Shown here piece by piece: positions 56,401 through 64,000 of a DNA stretch of 64,000 nucleotides. This DNA is from Candidatus Latescibacterota bacterium (GTDB taxonomy: Bacteria > Latescibacterota > UBA2968): assembly GCA_965116885.1 (NCBI GenBank), contig OZ220741.1, positions 2,240,001 through 2,304,000 of the forward strand. The letters are read 5' to 3'. Position 1 is the stretch's first letter, and each line of letters begins with the position of its first letter. Under the pieces are notes generated by a model that was not told the origin of the DNA, made no database searches, and saw nothing but the letters and a program-made list of their open reading frames with translations. A program made the translations under genes and the position numbers.

Positions 56401-56554
56401 GCCTGATGAAGTGGCACCTGCTTTCGAGCAGTTTCGGGATTATATCATGGGTGAGACGCTCTGTACGACATTGGTTCGCGCAGATGCGGTGGCTGGCGAT
56501 GCGGTTGATATAGAAGGTCACACAGTGATGTTAAAGATTAAAGTTGAGCGATAA
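53444..56554 (+). CDS. ileS: Isoleucine--tRNA ligase, type 2 (eukaryote/archaea-like)
   Basis: DGPPFATGLPHYGH, GWDCHGLPVE, WTTTPWTLPSN, ISRNRYWG, EGLDQTRGWFY, KMSKR; IleRS2-type C-terminus. Confidence 0.97.
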   Translation: MFEKVDTNVNFPKEEEKVLAFWDEIRAFEKSLEIRKNNDEYVFYDGPPFATGLPHYGHLLAGTIKDVIPRYQTMNGKYVDRVFGWDCHGLPVEYELSQELGLNSKHEIEEYGIAEYNEACRSIVLRYTAEWRQFVKRIGRWVDFENGYRTMDRDYMESIWWVFKQLWDKGLIYEGHKILPYCPRDATPLSNFEANQGYEMVQDPAITVAFKLKDEPDTYLLAWTTTPWTLPSNLAMTVHEDIDYVYVKDEDVTYVLAEARVDTYYPSGRPEIVRTVKGKELLGLQYEPLFPYFEDLRAEGAFRIITAEFVTTEEGTGIVHTAPGFGEDDAEAGRVHGVPAVCPIDAECRFTSEVNDYEGRFVKDCDSDIVNRLKEEGKLVHRSTHHHSYPHCWRCEAPLIYRAISTWFVNIEKIKEKMLRANAQIHWVPEHIKAGRFGNWLENARDWAISRNRYWGCPLPLWRNEETGETVCVGSIGELEERTGGKFDDIHKHFMDPVIIEGETGSLTRVPEVLDCWFESGSMPYAQRHYPFENKDWLDAHFPADFIAEGLDQTRGWFYTLVVLGAALFDRPPFENVVVNGMILAEDGRKMSKRLKNYPDPMHIMDTYGADALRLNMLSSPVVRGEDLAFSEQGVQKTMRSVLLPLWNAYSFLVTYARVDNWQPTSERSDHPLDRWIRARLNHLVRDIRQGLDRCHLQTAATRFATFIDDMTNWYIRRSRRRFWKSDNDSDKLSAYATLYHVLLTLVKALAPFAPFITETIYRNLRASDMPESVHLCDYPDVIEADLDERLEQQMARTRTAVGLGRFLRSQANARTRHPLRTAILVSMQEDVRADLRALQDIIADELNVKEVDIRDDEEAVVTLSAKANFRALGPRLGKNMKVAAGKIAGLSFEEIQSLREGHAIILELDGADPLELTVDDILIQREEKEDMPVANEGDITVALDLYRDEDLVREGLAREIVHVIQNIRREKELDVSDRITVTYGVPDEVAPAFEQFRDYIMGETLCTTLVRADAVAGDAVDIEGHTVMLKIKVER

Positions 56555-56600
56555 AAAAAGAGCGTCGGGAGAGGGGTAGTTTATACCCATTCCCGACGCT
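56553..56600 (-). terminator. Intrinsic terminator between convergent genes
   Basis: AGCGTCGGGA...TCCCGACGCT with a 5' A-run (U-tract on the minus strand). Confidence 0.75.
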
Positions 56601-56621
56601 TGATTAAAGATTTGAAGTGCT

Positions 56622-56864
56622 TCATTTTTTGTTTTTGTACAATCCCAAAATCCCCACTGCGATCAATACGCCCGCTGTTGGTCCCGCTATGTCCAATCCC
56701 AACCAGAACCCTTCTTTCCACTCGACGCTCTCAGTGCCAAACATTTCATCTACGACCACTACTTGCTGCTTGTTTTTCGTGAAGATCTGAGTTCCGTCTA
56801 TGATCCACTTTGCACCTATACCTATCGCGAGTATAAATGTGATTACGCTGATAATTTTCCACAT
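56622..56864 (-). CDS. Small two-TM hypothetical membrane protein
   Basis: GGAG RBS; two hydrophobic segments flanking DEMFG..VEWKEGFWLGLD. Confidence 0.7.
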   Translation of the reverse strand: MWKIISVITFILAIGIGAKWIIDGTQIFTKNKQQVVVVDEMFGTESVEWKEGFWLGLDIAGPTAGVLIAVGILGLYKNKK

Positions 56865-56883
56865 GGGCTACTCCATACAGGTG

Positions 56884-58026
56884 TTAATAAAACACATGCA
56901 GTTGTAATGCATAGCGCGATGAGCGGAAGGTCTCTGTGTCGAGGATGCGATATTCGGGGCGCAGTTCAATTTGCGGCGTTAGAAAAACTTGTATGCCAAA
57001 TACAGCCTGCCGGGTCATCAAATCAACAGCGCGCGCTGATGCGCGGATATGCGTTACTTCGCCGGTTTCTCCCCGTGCGAACAAGAGCAGTCCGGGTATT
57101 GCTTGAAGCGTGATATCAACCGAGGCGGTTTTTGCTTCTCGCACACCTTCCTTATCGGATAGGACATATTCGGCCATGAGGGCGATCCTGTCCTGCAATC
57201 CGACGCCCGCAAAGAGATTTGTCATCAAAAAATCGCCGTTTTTGAGCCACGATCCTCCCAGGTAGAAATTCATTTTTTGTTCGACTAATTTGGGCCACAA
57301 GACTATACGCCCCAGGAATGAGGGTTTGTCGCGGTTTTCGATCAAGGAGGCGTTTTGTACGGTGTTTTCGGAGAGTGCGCGGGCATTATAAATACCTGCG
57401 GTTAGCGATAGCCACAATTTTTTATAATAGTGTACTTCTGCGCCGTATTCTGCGTAATTGGGCGCGACCAGTGATGTGGCTCCGGCAACGTCGGGTGTTT
57501 GGCGCACGAGCATGGTGTGGTCGTCATACCGCATGCCAATGGTTGGCTGAAAATGTCCCACGCGCAATGCGGGCCAGTTGTAATTGGGTTGATAAATCGC
57601 CGATGCTGTCCACGCGCGCTGTCCCGCGTATTTTTCGGGACCAAAATTATAAGAGCCTTCGATCTTCAGGGCATTTGAGGGGCGGACAACACTGTATAGC
57701 GCGACTTGCATCGGGAATATTTTGCGCTCGGCTTCTGGCGATGTATGAGATCGCGCCATTTGTCCGCGGATATCTGCACCCATGAGTACCAGGCCATCGG
57801 CATAAGCGGTTTTGCCCGGTAAGACGTAATTGGGCGCGAGCAATCCCACGCCGTCCATTGAATACTGCCCCAATTCGTCCCGCTGCGCCCCGCCCTGCGC
57901 GGTGATGTGACAGTTCACACACCGATTGGCAGTCAGCAATGCAAACTGCGAGAGGGCATCCGCCTGTCCCGTAGCGCACAGCAGGATTAACAATCCCAAC
58001 AACCGAAAACGCTTTGTATTGGTCAC
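56884..58026 (-). CDS. Cyc2-like monoheme cytochrome c-porin fusion
   Basis: Signal peptide (ADA-L); CVNCH ~12 aa into the mature protein; remainder amphipathic beta-strands ending LQLHVFY. Confidence 0.65.
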   Translation of the reverse strand: MTNTKRFRLLGLLILLCATGQADALSQFALLTANRCVNCHITAQGGAQRDELGQYSMDGVGLLAPNYVLPGKTAYADGLVLMGADIRGQMARSHTSPEAERKIFPMQVALYSVVRPSNALKIEGSYNFGPEKYAGQRAWTASAIYQPNYNWPALRVGHFQPTIGMRYDDHTMLVRQTPDVAGATSLVAPNYAEYGAEVHYYKKLWLSLTAGIYNARALSENTVQNASLIENRDKPSFLGRIVLWPKLVEQKMNFYLGGSWLKNGDFLMTNLFAGVGLQDRIALMAEYVLSDKEGVREAKTASVDITLQAIPGLLLFARGETGEVTHIRASARAVDLMTRQAVFGIQVFLTPQIELRPEYRILDTETFRSSRYALQLHVFY

Positions 58027-58050
58027 GCTTCAATCCTCGGATTTTGAAGT

Positions 58051-58608
58051 CTAAAAAGTCTGCCCGTCTCCGGGCGGATTGCCGCCGAAGGTGACTGGCA
58101 GGCCGGTCAGGTCGCGCAGGAAGATCTGCAGGCGGATGATGTGTACATTGCCTGCTCCCATGCGCATATTCAGGCCATCAAGAACGTCTTGCGTTATAAA
58201 ATCGAGATTTTGCTGAAGAAAAGTGGCCCCGTCGAGGTAATCTGCGAAGGCGGCTTCAAATTCCTCGGTGTGCAATCTGAGCAGGTACGGATTTTCAGGA
58301 CGCATGCCGTGTAAGGTAGATTGAATGGCGTGAATCCGCGCGATCATGGTGTTTATAAATTCCCGCGACCAATAGGTAGGGATCAAGTTATTCGTAACCT
58401 CGGCGGTTACGCCGCTGTATTCTATAAAAAAGACATCAATAGATGTAAACGCCTGTTGGATATCGGCGACATAGGCGTCGGCCTCATCCACGGTGACGTG
58501 GTCATATGCCTGTTCAGCAGATGGTTCGGGCGCGGGTGTCACGGGGTTGGACGAACCACATCCCGTGTACAACGCCAGCAGTGCAAAACACAAAAGCCAT
58601 CGTTTCAT
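58051..58608 (-). CDS. Hypothetical lipoprotein
   Basis: MKRWLLCFALLALYTG-C lipobox; helical body. Confidence 0.7.
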   Translation of the reverse strand: MKRWLLCFALLALYTGCGSSNPVTPAPEPSAEQAYDHVTVDEADAYVADIQQAFTSIDVFFIEYSGVTAEVTNNLIPTYWSREFINTMIARIHAIQSTLHGMRPENPYLLRLHTEEFEAAFADYLDGATFLQQNLDFITQDVLDGLNMRMGAGNVHIIRLQIFLRDLTGLPVTFGGNPPGDGQTF

Positions 58609-58616
58609 AAAATGCC

Positions 58617-59132
58617 TCATTCGTGTTGTCCCATATAGAGCAGACGCCGTTTCTGATATCTTCTGGTATTGTTCAAGAAGCGCGCGATTTCGCCTTCTGA
58701 CAATGTGCGACGCGGTTTGGCGGGTACTCCGGCGACAAGTGTGCGCGGCGCGACCTCTGCGCCTTCCAATACCAGCGCGTGGGCAGCCACCAGTGCAGAT
58801 TCGCCCACTGCCGAGCCAGTTAACACGGTTGCTCCCATTCCAATGGTCACGCCCTGTTCTATTTGACAACCGTGCAAGATCGCATTGTGCCCCACGGTTA
58901 CATTTTTACCGACATTACAGGGATAGCCCGGGTCGGTATGCACGACAGTGCCGTCCTGGATATTCGATCCTTTACCGATTACAATGGGTTCAACATCGCC
59001 CCGAATCACGGCGTTGAACCAGATACTCGCGCGAGCACTGATTACCACATCGCCGATTACAACAGCACCGGGCGCGATATAAGCCGACGGATCTATGTGA
59101 GGGTTTTTGTCCTTATAAGGCAAAATTGTCAT
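58617..59132 (-). CDS. Gamma-carbonic anhydrase family protein (YrdA/PaaY-like)
   Basis: IGDV, IWFNAVIRGD, SNIQDGTVVH, VTVGHNAILHGC hexapeptide repeats. Confidence 0.92.
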   Translation of the reverse strand: MTILPYKDKNPHIDPSAYIAPGAVVIGDVVISARASIWFNAVIRGDVEPIVIGKGSNIQDGTVVHTDPGYPCNVGKNVTVGHNAILHGCQIEQGVTIGMGATVLTGSAVGESALVAAHALVLEGAEVAPRTLVAGVPAKPRRTLSEGEIARFLNNTRRYQKRRLLYMGQHE

Positions 59133-59136
59133 TGCG

Positions 59137-60096
59137 CTATCTCCGCTCGTCACCCTCAACAGGCCCCAGCGTGAATGTCTCGCCGCTTTGCGTGGCTCTG
59201 GCACCTGTCACCAGCCCGCTTACAAAACCAAAGATGCCAAAAATTGCTGCGGCCCAGATTGTTGTCTCTTTGACGTCGGCATTGGCCTGCCAGGCGGCAA
59301 GTGCCCCGGTTAATGCGCCCATTGCGGCACCTCCAATCCCCTGTAAAATTGCCCGTTCCATCGCTACTGTGCCGCGTTCCCCAAAGAATTGCACTTTGTG
59401 AATTTCATCTATAGGGACCTTTTGAACGTTCAATTCCGTCTCGATCAAAATGTTATTATCCTCATAGGCGGGCAAAAATTCGCCTTTGATTTGCTTTTGA
59501 TCCTTCAGGGTGACCATTCCGGGAAAGCGTGTTTGTATCCGAAAACGCACCCTGCGTTCTTCAAAAGAGATGGCATCCTCGGTATATTGCGGGTAAGTAT
59601 CGTCTATTTTGGAGGAGTCTGCAATTGTGTACTCGCCTTTTACGATTTCATCGAAGTGTTCGATGTATTCTCTCAAGCGGCGCAGATCATTTTCACTTTG
59701 CACATTCACCAGCCGCGTTTCAATGCGAGGACCTGATCGATACTGAATTTTTATGGCGAGTTTACCGTTGTCTTGTTTCATAAATTCGGCAAATTGAAAT
59801 CCCGCTACGCCCAGATGTAAGATCGAAAGATCTATTTTTTGGGTATAAATGGTTGCTCCCTGAAACAAAGCGTAGCGATTGCTTTCTTCTAAGTCGATTT
59901 GAGGACCCACCCGAGAGCTTAACATGATGCGCGTGCCCGATACCTGCCGCACATCGACAATCTCCCAGCCCTCATGTCCCAATTGGTAAATCCCGCGCTC
60001 GTATTGTGTTTTCTTTTCGCTTTCTGCTGCCCGAACAGGACAAACCGCAAGCAAAAAGCTCATCGCAGTGATTAATGAAATCGATTTTTTAATCAT
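59137..60096 (-). CDS. Hypothetical exported/membrane protein
   Basis: Signal peptide; C-terminal glycine-zipper-like TM hairpin; GGAG RBS. Confidence 0.65.
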   Translation of the reverse strand: MIKKSISLITAMSFLLAVCPVRAAESEKKTQYERGIYQLGHEGWEIVDVRQVSGTRIMLSSRVGPQIDLEESNRYALFQGATIYTQKIDLSILHLGVAGFQFAEFMKQDNGKLAIKIQYRSGPRIETRLVNVQSENDLRRLREYIEHFDEIVKGEYTIADSSKIDDTYPQYTEDAISFEERRVRFRIQTRFPGMVTLKDQKQIKGEFLPAYEDNNILIETELNVQKVPIDEIHKVQFFGERGTVAMERAILQGIGGAAMGALTGALAAWQANADVKETTIWAAAIFGIFGFVSGLVTGARATQSGETFTLGPVEGDERR

Positions 60097-60107
60097 AAAA
60101 TTCTCCT

Positions 60108-60728
60108 TTACTCACCACAGATTGCCTCGGAAATGCCATCTAAAATATATGGGCGATACTTGCGAAATTGCAGGCGGGGGTGAAACCATGTACCTTCGGG
60201 ATCTGCTGTGCCGGGGATCGGGACCATGCTGGTCAGATCAATTCTGGACAATGTCGCCTCTCCCAAAAACCATTCTGCAATTTGTCTGGCCGTGCGATTT
60301 GGCCGACCATTTTCGATGGTAATTTCTCTGTCCATAGGAAAAAATAGCGCGCCATCTCCCAACACAGATACATCGTTTTGATATGCCTGTGCGGCTTCGG
60401 TTATTTGGCCGGGTTCTGCTGTGACGACACCTGTTACACACGCAATATCCTCTTTGGATACCACGTCGCTAAATAGCGTGCGAATGCGATTTAGCAGACC
60501 GCCATAGTCATTTAAAAGATGTGATGACCGGGGGTTCACACCAGCTTGAAGAAGGCCCAGTGTATTGTAGCGCGAACACTCGGATACAAAATCGTCTTCG
60601 TTGTCAAATAGTCCCACGCCAATCAGATTTTCGTCATCCATCACATTGAGTTGCGTGAGGCCCAAATCTGGTTTGTGCTGAAGCAAATCGTAAAAACGCC
60701 GCACATCCCGTTCGTGAAAACGCTTCAT
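60108..60728 (-). CDS. Hypothetical protein, possibly a degenerate AEP/RepB primase-like fold
   Basis: AGVNPR...EDI...LGDG...DLTSMVPIPGT pattern; ATGA overlap with argH. Confidence 0.6.
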   Translation of the reverse strand: MKRFHERDVRRFYDLLQHKPDLGLTQLNVMDDENLIGVGLFDNEDDFVSECSRYNTLGLLQAGVNPRSSHLLNDYGGLLNRIRTLFSDVVSKEDIACVTGVVTAEPGQITEAAQAYQNDVSVLGDGALFFPMDREITIENGRPNRTARQIAEWFLGEATLSRIDLTSMVPIPGTADPEGTWFHPRLQFRKYRPYILDGISEAICGE

Positions 60729-62134
60729 CCAGACGCCTCTCCATCGGTCAGCAAACGCCGCCCTGCTTCGATCTGTCTCAAAACAGAGTCGCGTCCTGTT
60801 CCGCCATCCAGATTGCGCTGTGCTGTACTGGCTTCTGCGGACAAAATTTCTTGTATATCGGTGTCGAATACTTCAGATGCTGCGCGCAATGTCGGCAGGT
60901 CCAATTCTTCCAATTTTTGTCCGCGCTCCAGAGCGGTTTTTACCAGTTCTCCAACGATGCGGTGACACCGGCGAAAAGGTACGCCTTTTCGCACCAGATA
61001 ATCGGCCAGATCGGTGGCTAAAATGGTGCCGTCTATGGCATTGGCCATCCGCTCGTCTTTAATTTTCATGGTCTGCCATACACCCGCAAAGACCGATAGA
61101 GACATCTGTACGGTTTCTGCGGTATCAAAGACGGGTTCTTTGTCTTCTTGCATGTCTTTGGCATAAGCCAGTGATACGCCCTTCATCACGGTGAGCAGAG
61201 ACATCAGATTGCCGTACACACGTCCGGTTTTGCCGCGTACCAATTCCAGTGAATCGGGGTTCTTTTTTTGCGGCATCATGCTCGATCCGGTGCTGAAGGC
61301 GTCGTCCAGTTCGACAAACCCAAATTCAGAAGATGACCAGATAATCAGGTCTTCGCAGAATCGGCTCAAGTGTGCCATCAAGATGGATGATGCCGATAAG
61401 TATTCGAGGAAATAATCGCGATCACTGACTGCATCGATGCTGTTTTCAGTGATGCGATCAAACCCCAGTTCCTCGCGCAAAAATTCTCGGTCAACGGGAT
61501 ATGCACTTCCCGCCAGTGCGCCCGATCCGAGGGGCATGGCATTTGCGCGTTTCCAACAGTCTTCAAATCGCGAGCGGTCGCGTGACAACATCCAGAACAG
61601 GGCCATAGCATAATGCGAAAACCGGATCGGTTGTGCCTGTTGGACGTGCGTATATCCCGGCATCAGGATATCGAGGTGTTCTTCAGCAACGTCTAATATT
61701 ACGCCCATTAACCGCTCGATCTGCACGAGGGTGTTGGCGACTGTTTCGCGCAAGAACAGACGCTCGTCCAGGGCGATTTGATCGTTGCGGCTGCGTCCCG
61801 TGTGAATTTTTGCGCCGGCATCGCCGATCAGTTCCGTCAAGCGCTTTTCCACTGCGGTGTGTATGTCTTCCAGATCATCCGTCAATGGCAAGGTGCCCGC
61901 GTCGAGTTCACGCGCCACACGATTTAGACCTTCGAGTACGCGTTCCAGTTCCTGTTTTGTTAAGACACCCATTCGGGACAATGCGCGGGCTTGCGCTCGG
62001 CTGCCTTCAATGTCCATTTTGTACAGACGCCGATCAAAACCAATGGATGCATTGAATTTTTCCATTAGTTTTTCAGTCGATCCCGCAAATCGCCCTCCCC
62101 AGAGCTTTTCGGATGATTTTGATGATTCATTCAT
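60725..62134 (-). CDS. argH: Argininosuccinate lyase
   Basis: KLWGGRF, HTGRSRNDQ, MPGYTH.QQAQP, GSSMMPQKKNPD. Confidence 0.97.
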   Translation of the reverse strand: MNESSKSSEKLWGGRFAGSTEKLMEKFNASIGFDRRLYKMDIEGSRAQARALSRMGVLTKQELERVLEGLNRVARELDAGTLPLTDDLEDIHTAVEKRLTELIGDAGAKIHTGRSRNDQIALDERLFLRETVANTLVQIERLMGVILDVAEEHLDILMPGYTHVQQAQPIRFSHYAMALFWMLSRDRSRFEDCWKRANAMPLGSGALAGSAYPVDREFLREELGFDRITENSIDAVSDRDYFLEYLSASSILMAHLSRFCEDLIIWSSSEFGFVELDDAFSTGSSMMPQKKNPDSLELVRGKTGRVYGNLMSLLTVMKGVSLAYAKDMQEDKEPVFDTAETVQMSLSVFAGVWQTMKIKDERMANAIDGTILATDLADYLVRKGVPFRRCHRIVGELVKTALERGQKLEELDLPTLRAASEVFDTDIQEILSAEASTAQRNLDGGTGRDSVLRQIEAGRRLLTDGEASG

Positions 62135-62144
62135 GGCGTTGTAC

Positions 62145-63392
62145 CTACAGAGCACTTTGTCCTGCTGCGTGTTGGGCTTTTGCGCCGACGCCGAGTACGT
62201 TTAGGAAGCCTTCGGAATCGCGGTGGTCGTAGTCGCCGATGTCTTCCATTGAGGCGGTTTCTTCGGAATAGAGAGAGTGCGGCACATTTTCCGATGATTG
62301 AAATAATACCGTGCCTTTGTATGCGGCGACTGTTATCGTGCCCGTCAATAGCTTTGCTATGGGCGCGAGCGCGCCTTGCATCATTTGGGTGGATAGGTCG
62401 CAGTAATATCCCTGGTAGATTTGTTCGGCGAGGGATGAAGATATCGAATCGTAAAATTTTCGCGCGCGTCTGTCCAGAACTTGTTGGAGCAAGAACTCGT
62501 AACACGCGCCGAGCAGACAAAGCCCCGGGCTTTCATACACGCCGCGCGATTTGATGCCGACAAAGCGATTTTCTACGGTGTGAATCCCAATGCCCACGCC
62601 GTTTCGTCCGCCTACTTCATTGGCTTTTTGGATCGCGGTTACGGAATCGGTATCTGCGCCATTGATTTGTACCGGGAGGCCCGCGTCTATTCTGACGCTA
62701 AATGATTCGGGTTTGTCCGGCGCTTGTGCGGGGAATACGCCCATGCCCGGTTCGATAAAATCGGCTGCGACATCGAGGTATTCGAGTTTGCCCGCTTCGT
62801 GTGTGAGGCCCAGAAAGTTGGCGTCGGTAGAATAGGGTTTTTCGTACGTGGCTGTAATTGGCAAATTGTATGCATTGCAAAAATCGATCATTTCTTTGCG
62901 CCCGCCAAATATGTCGAGAAATGCGGGATCGCGCCAGGGAGCATATACGGTTACGCTGGGCTTGAGCATGTTGGCGACGAGTTGAAATCGCACCTGGTCG
63001 TTGCCGCGTCCGGTTGCGCCGTGCGCGAGTACGTCGATATTGCGCCGGTCCATTTCCTCCAATAATCCCCGCGTGGTGACATAGCGCGCGATGCCCGTTG
63101 TATTCCAATATCCGCCTTCGTAACGCGCTTGTCCAATCAGCATTGCTATGCCCGCTTCTGCCAGGTCGGTTTTTAGATCGATCAGCACGGCTTCACGCGC
63201 GCCACAGGCGAGCATGCGTTTGGATATGTCATCGATATTTTCCTCATCGGGTTGTCCGATATCGGCGGTTAAACTCACGACATTTACGCCGCGATCAGCC
63301 AGCCATTTTGTCACGGTGCAACTGTCCAATCCTCCCGAGGATGCCAGTGCTACTGTTTTTCCACGCAGTTCATTAAGCGTCATAGTTTTCAT
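62145..63392 (-). CDS. argG: Argininosuccinate synthase
   Basis: ASSGGLDS, HGATGRGNDQVRF, YSTDANF, ENRFVGIKSRGVYESPG. Confidence 0.95.
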   Translation of the reverse strand: MKTMTLNELRGKTVALASSGGLDSCTVTKWLADRGVNVVSLTADIGQPDEENIDDISKRMLACGAREAVLIDLKTDLAEAGIAMLIGQARYEGGYWNTTGIARYVTTRGLLEEMDRRNIDVLAHGATGRGNDQVRFQLVANMLKPSVTVYAPWRDPAFLDIFGGRKEMIDFCNAYNLPITATYEKPYSTDANFLGLTHEAGKLEYLDVAADFIEPGMGVFPAQAPDKPESFSVRIDAGLPVQINGADTDSVTAIQKANEVGGRNGVGIGIHTVENRFVGIKSRGVYESPGLCLLGACYEFLLQQVLDRRARKFYDSISSSLAEQIYQGYYCDLSTQMMQGALAPIAKLLTGTITVAAYKGTVLFQSSENVPHSLYSEETASMEDIGDYDHRDSEGFLNVLGVGAKAQHAAGQSAL

Positions 63393-64000
63393 CCTTCATC
63401 TAAAGAAAATCCTGCACTATTCAGTAAATCTATCACATTCTCGCGTGCGTGTCGGATGCGAATGTCGATTTCTTCAGCGGTAAAATCGCCACCCGTGCCG
63501 TTTACGCGCTCGACGACCACTGGGCCGTCAAAGCCCGCTTCGAATGCTGTGGCAAAGATGCGCTCAAAATCTACATCTCCTTCACCGGGAATGGGGAAGT
63601 TGTTTTCTGCTTTGGGGCCAATGTGATCTTTGGCGATTATTTTACAGGTTTGGGCTGCAATATGGGGAAAATCGTCTTCGGGAGATATGCCTTCGTAATA
63701 ATGGACATTTCCCGGGTCGTAACAGGCTCGCACCGAGGTCCGATCAATTTCGGGGAGAAGGCGGGCGAGGTGTTTTGCGGTCGCGGTATTGCCCGTATGC
63801 GGTTTGGGGGCGAGGATAATGTTTTGATTTTGTGCATGGGTTCCCGCTTCTTTCATGTCTGCGACATAGGCTTCATGGGCAGATTGAAAGACTTCGGGGG
63901 CGAGTGGTTCATGGGGAAAACGCCGGTATCCGCCCACGCCTGCCATCTGAATTGTTTCGGCGCCGAGTGCCCGACACACATCAATTCTGCGCATCAGATA
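63389..64000 (-). CDS. Sugar phosphate isomerase/epimerase TIM barrel (5'-truncated by the window edge)
   Basis: CYDPGN, AKDH, PGEGDVDF, GFDGPVVVE. Confidence 0.8.
   Translation of the reverse strand, partial: YLMRRIDVCRALGAETIQMAGVGGYRRFPHEPLAPEVFQSAHEAYVADMKEAGTHAQNQNIILAPKPHTGNTATAKHLARLLPEIDRTSVRACYDPGNVHYYEGISPEDDFPHIAAQTCKIIAKDHIGPKAENNFPIPGEGDVDFERIFATAFEAGFDGPVVVERVNGTGGDFTAEEIDIRIRHARENVIDLLNSAGFSLDEG

Noticed and set aside
58609..58869. N-terminal extension of the 272-aa ORF call (similarly upstream starts at 4408, 4802, 6084, 29307, 59204, 62155)
   Set aside because: Extensions overlap neighbouring genes or lack an RBS; downstream ATGs fit the RBS, signal peptide or family start better

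Overview
Gene-dense 64-kb chromosomal window from a diderm bacterium. Dockerin-like EF-hand modules, T9SS-CTD-like proteins with PorV-family partners, sulfatases and IleRS2 suggest an FCB-superphylum lineage (Latescibacterota/Gemmatimonadota-like; inference). I saw no rRNA, tRNA, CRISPR array or intact mobile element. All calls come from reading motifs by eye; no database search was run. Blocks in order: (1) 0.1-12.6 kb catabolic/miscellaneous genes (S55 peptidase, PhyH dioxygenase, amidohydrolase + Rieske, orphan antitoxin, speD, 2-phosphoglycerate-kinase-like protein, two sulfatases, Ldh2, K+ channel). (2) 12.6-28.7 kb phosphate island (ppk1, secreted beta-helix protein, TonB receptor, porin, pstSCAB-phoU) with 11-bp-periodic Pho-box-like arrays and a candidate Pho-driven sRNA. 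(3) NUDIX-coxD/E/F-like genes. (4) Two cassettes of 'large secreted CTD protein + PorV-family barrel', one preceded by a TonB receptor, flanking a sensor-less sigma54 activator with a complete UAS-IHF-(-24/-12) promoter. (5) sigma54-driven pspA, REP repeats, CASTOR/POLLUX-like channel, MscS, a 5'-nucleotidase/beta-barrel fusion and an NTT-family transporter. (6) ileS behind an Ile-codon leader-peptide attenuator, a Cyc2-like cytochrome-porin, gamma-carbonic anhydrase, argH and argG. Best candidates for undescribed biology: the TBDR/CTD-protein/PorV cassettes with their sigma54 circuit, the pseudo-nucleotidase-barrel + NTT nucleotide-uptake module, the ileS attenuator and the Pho-box sRNA.
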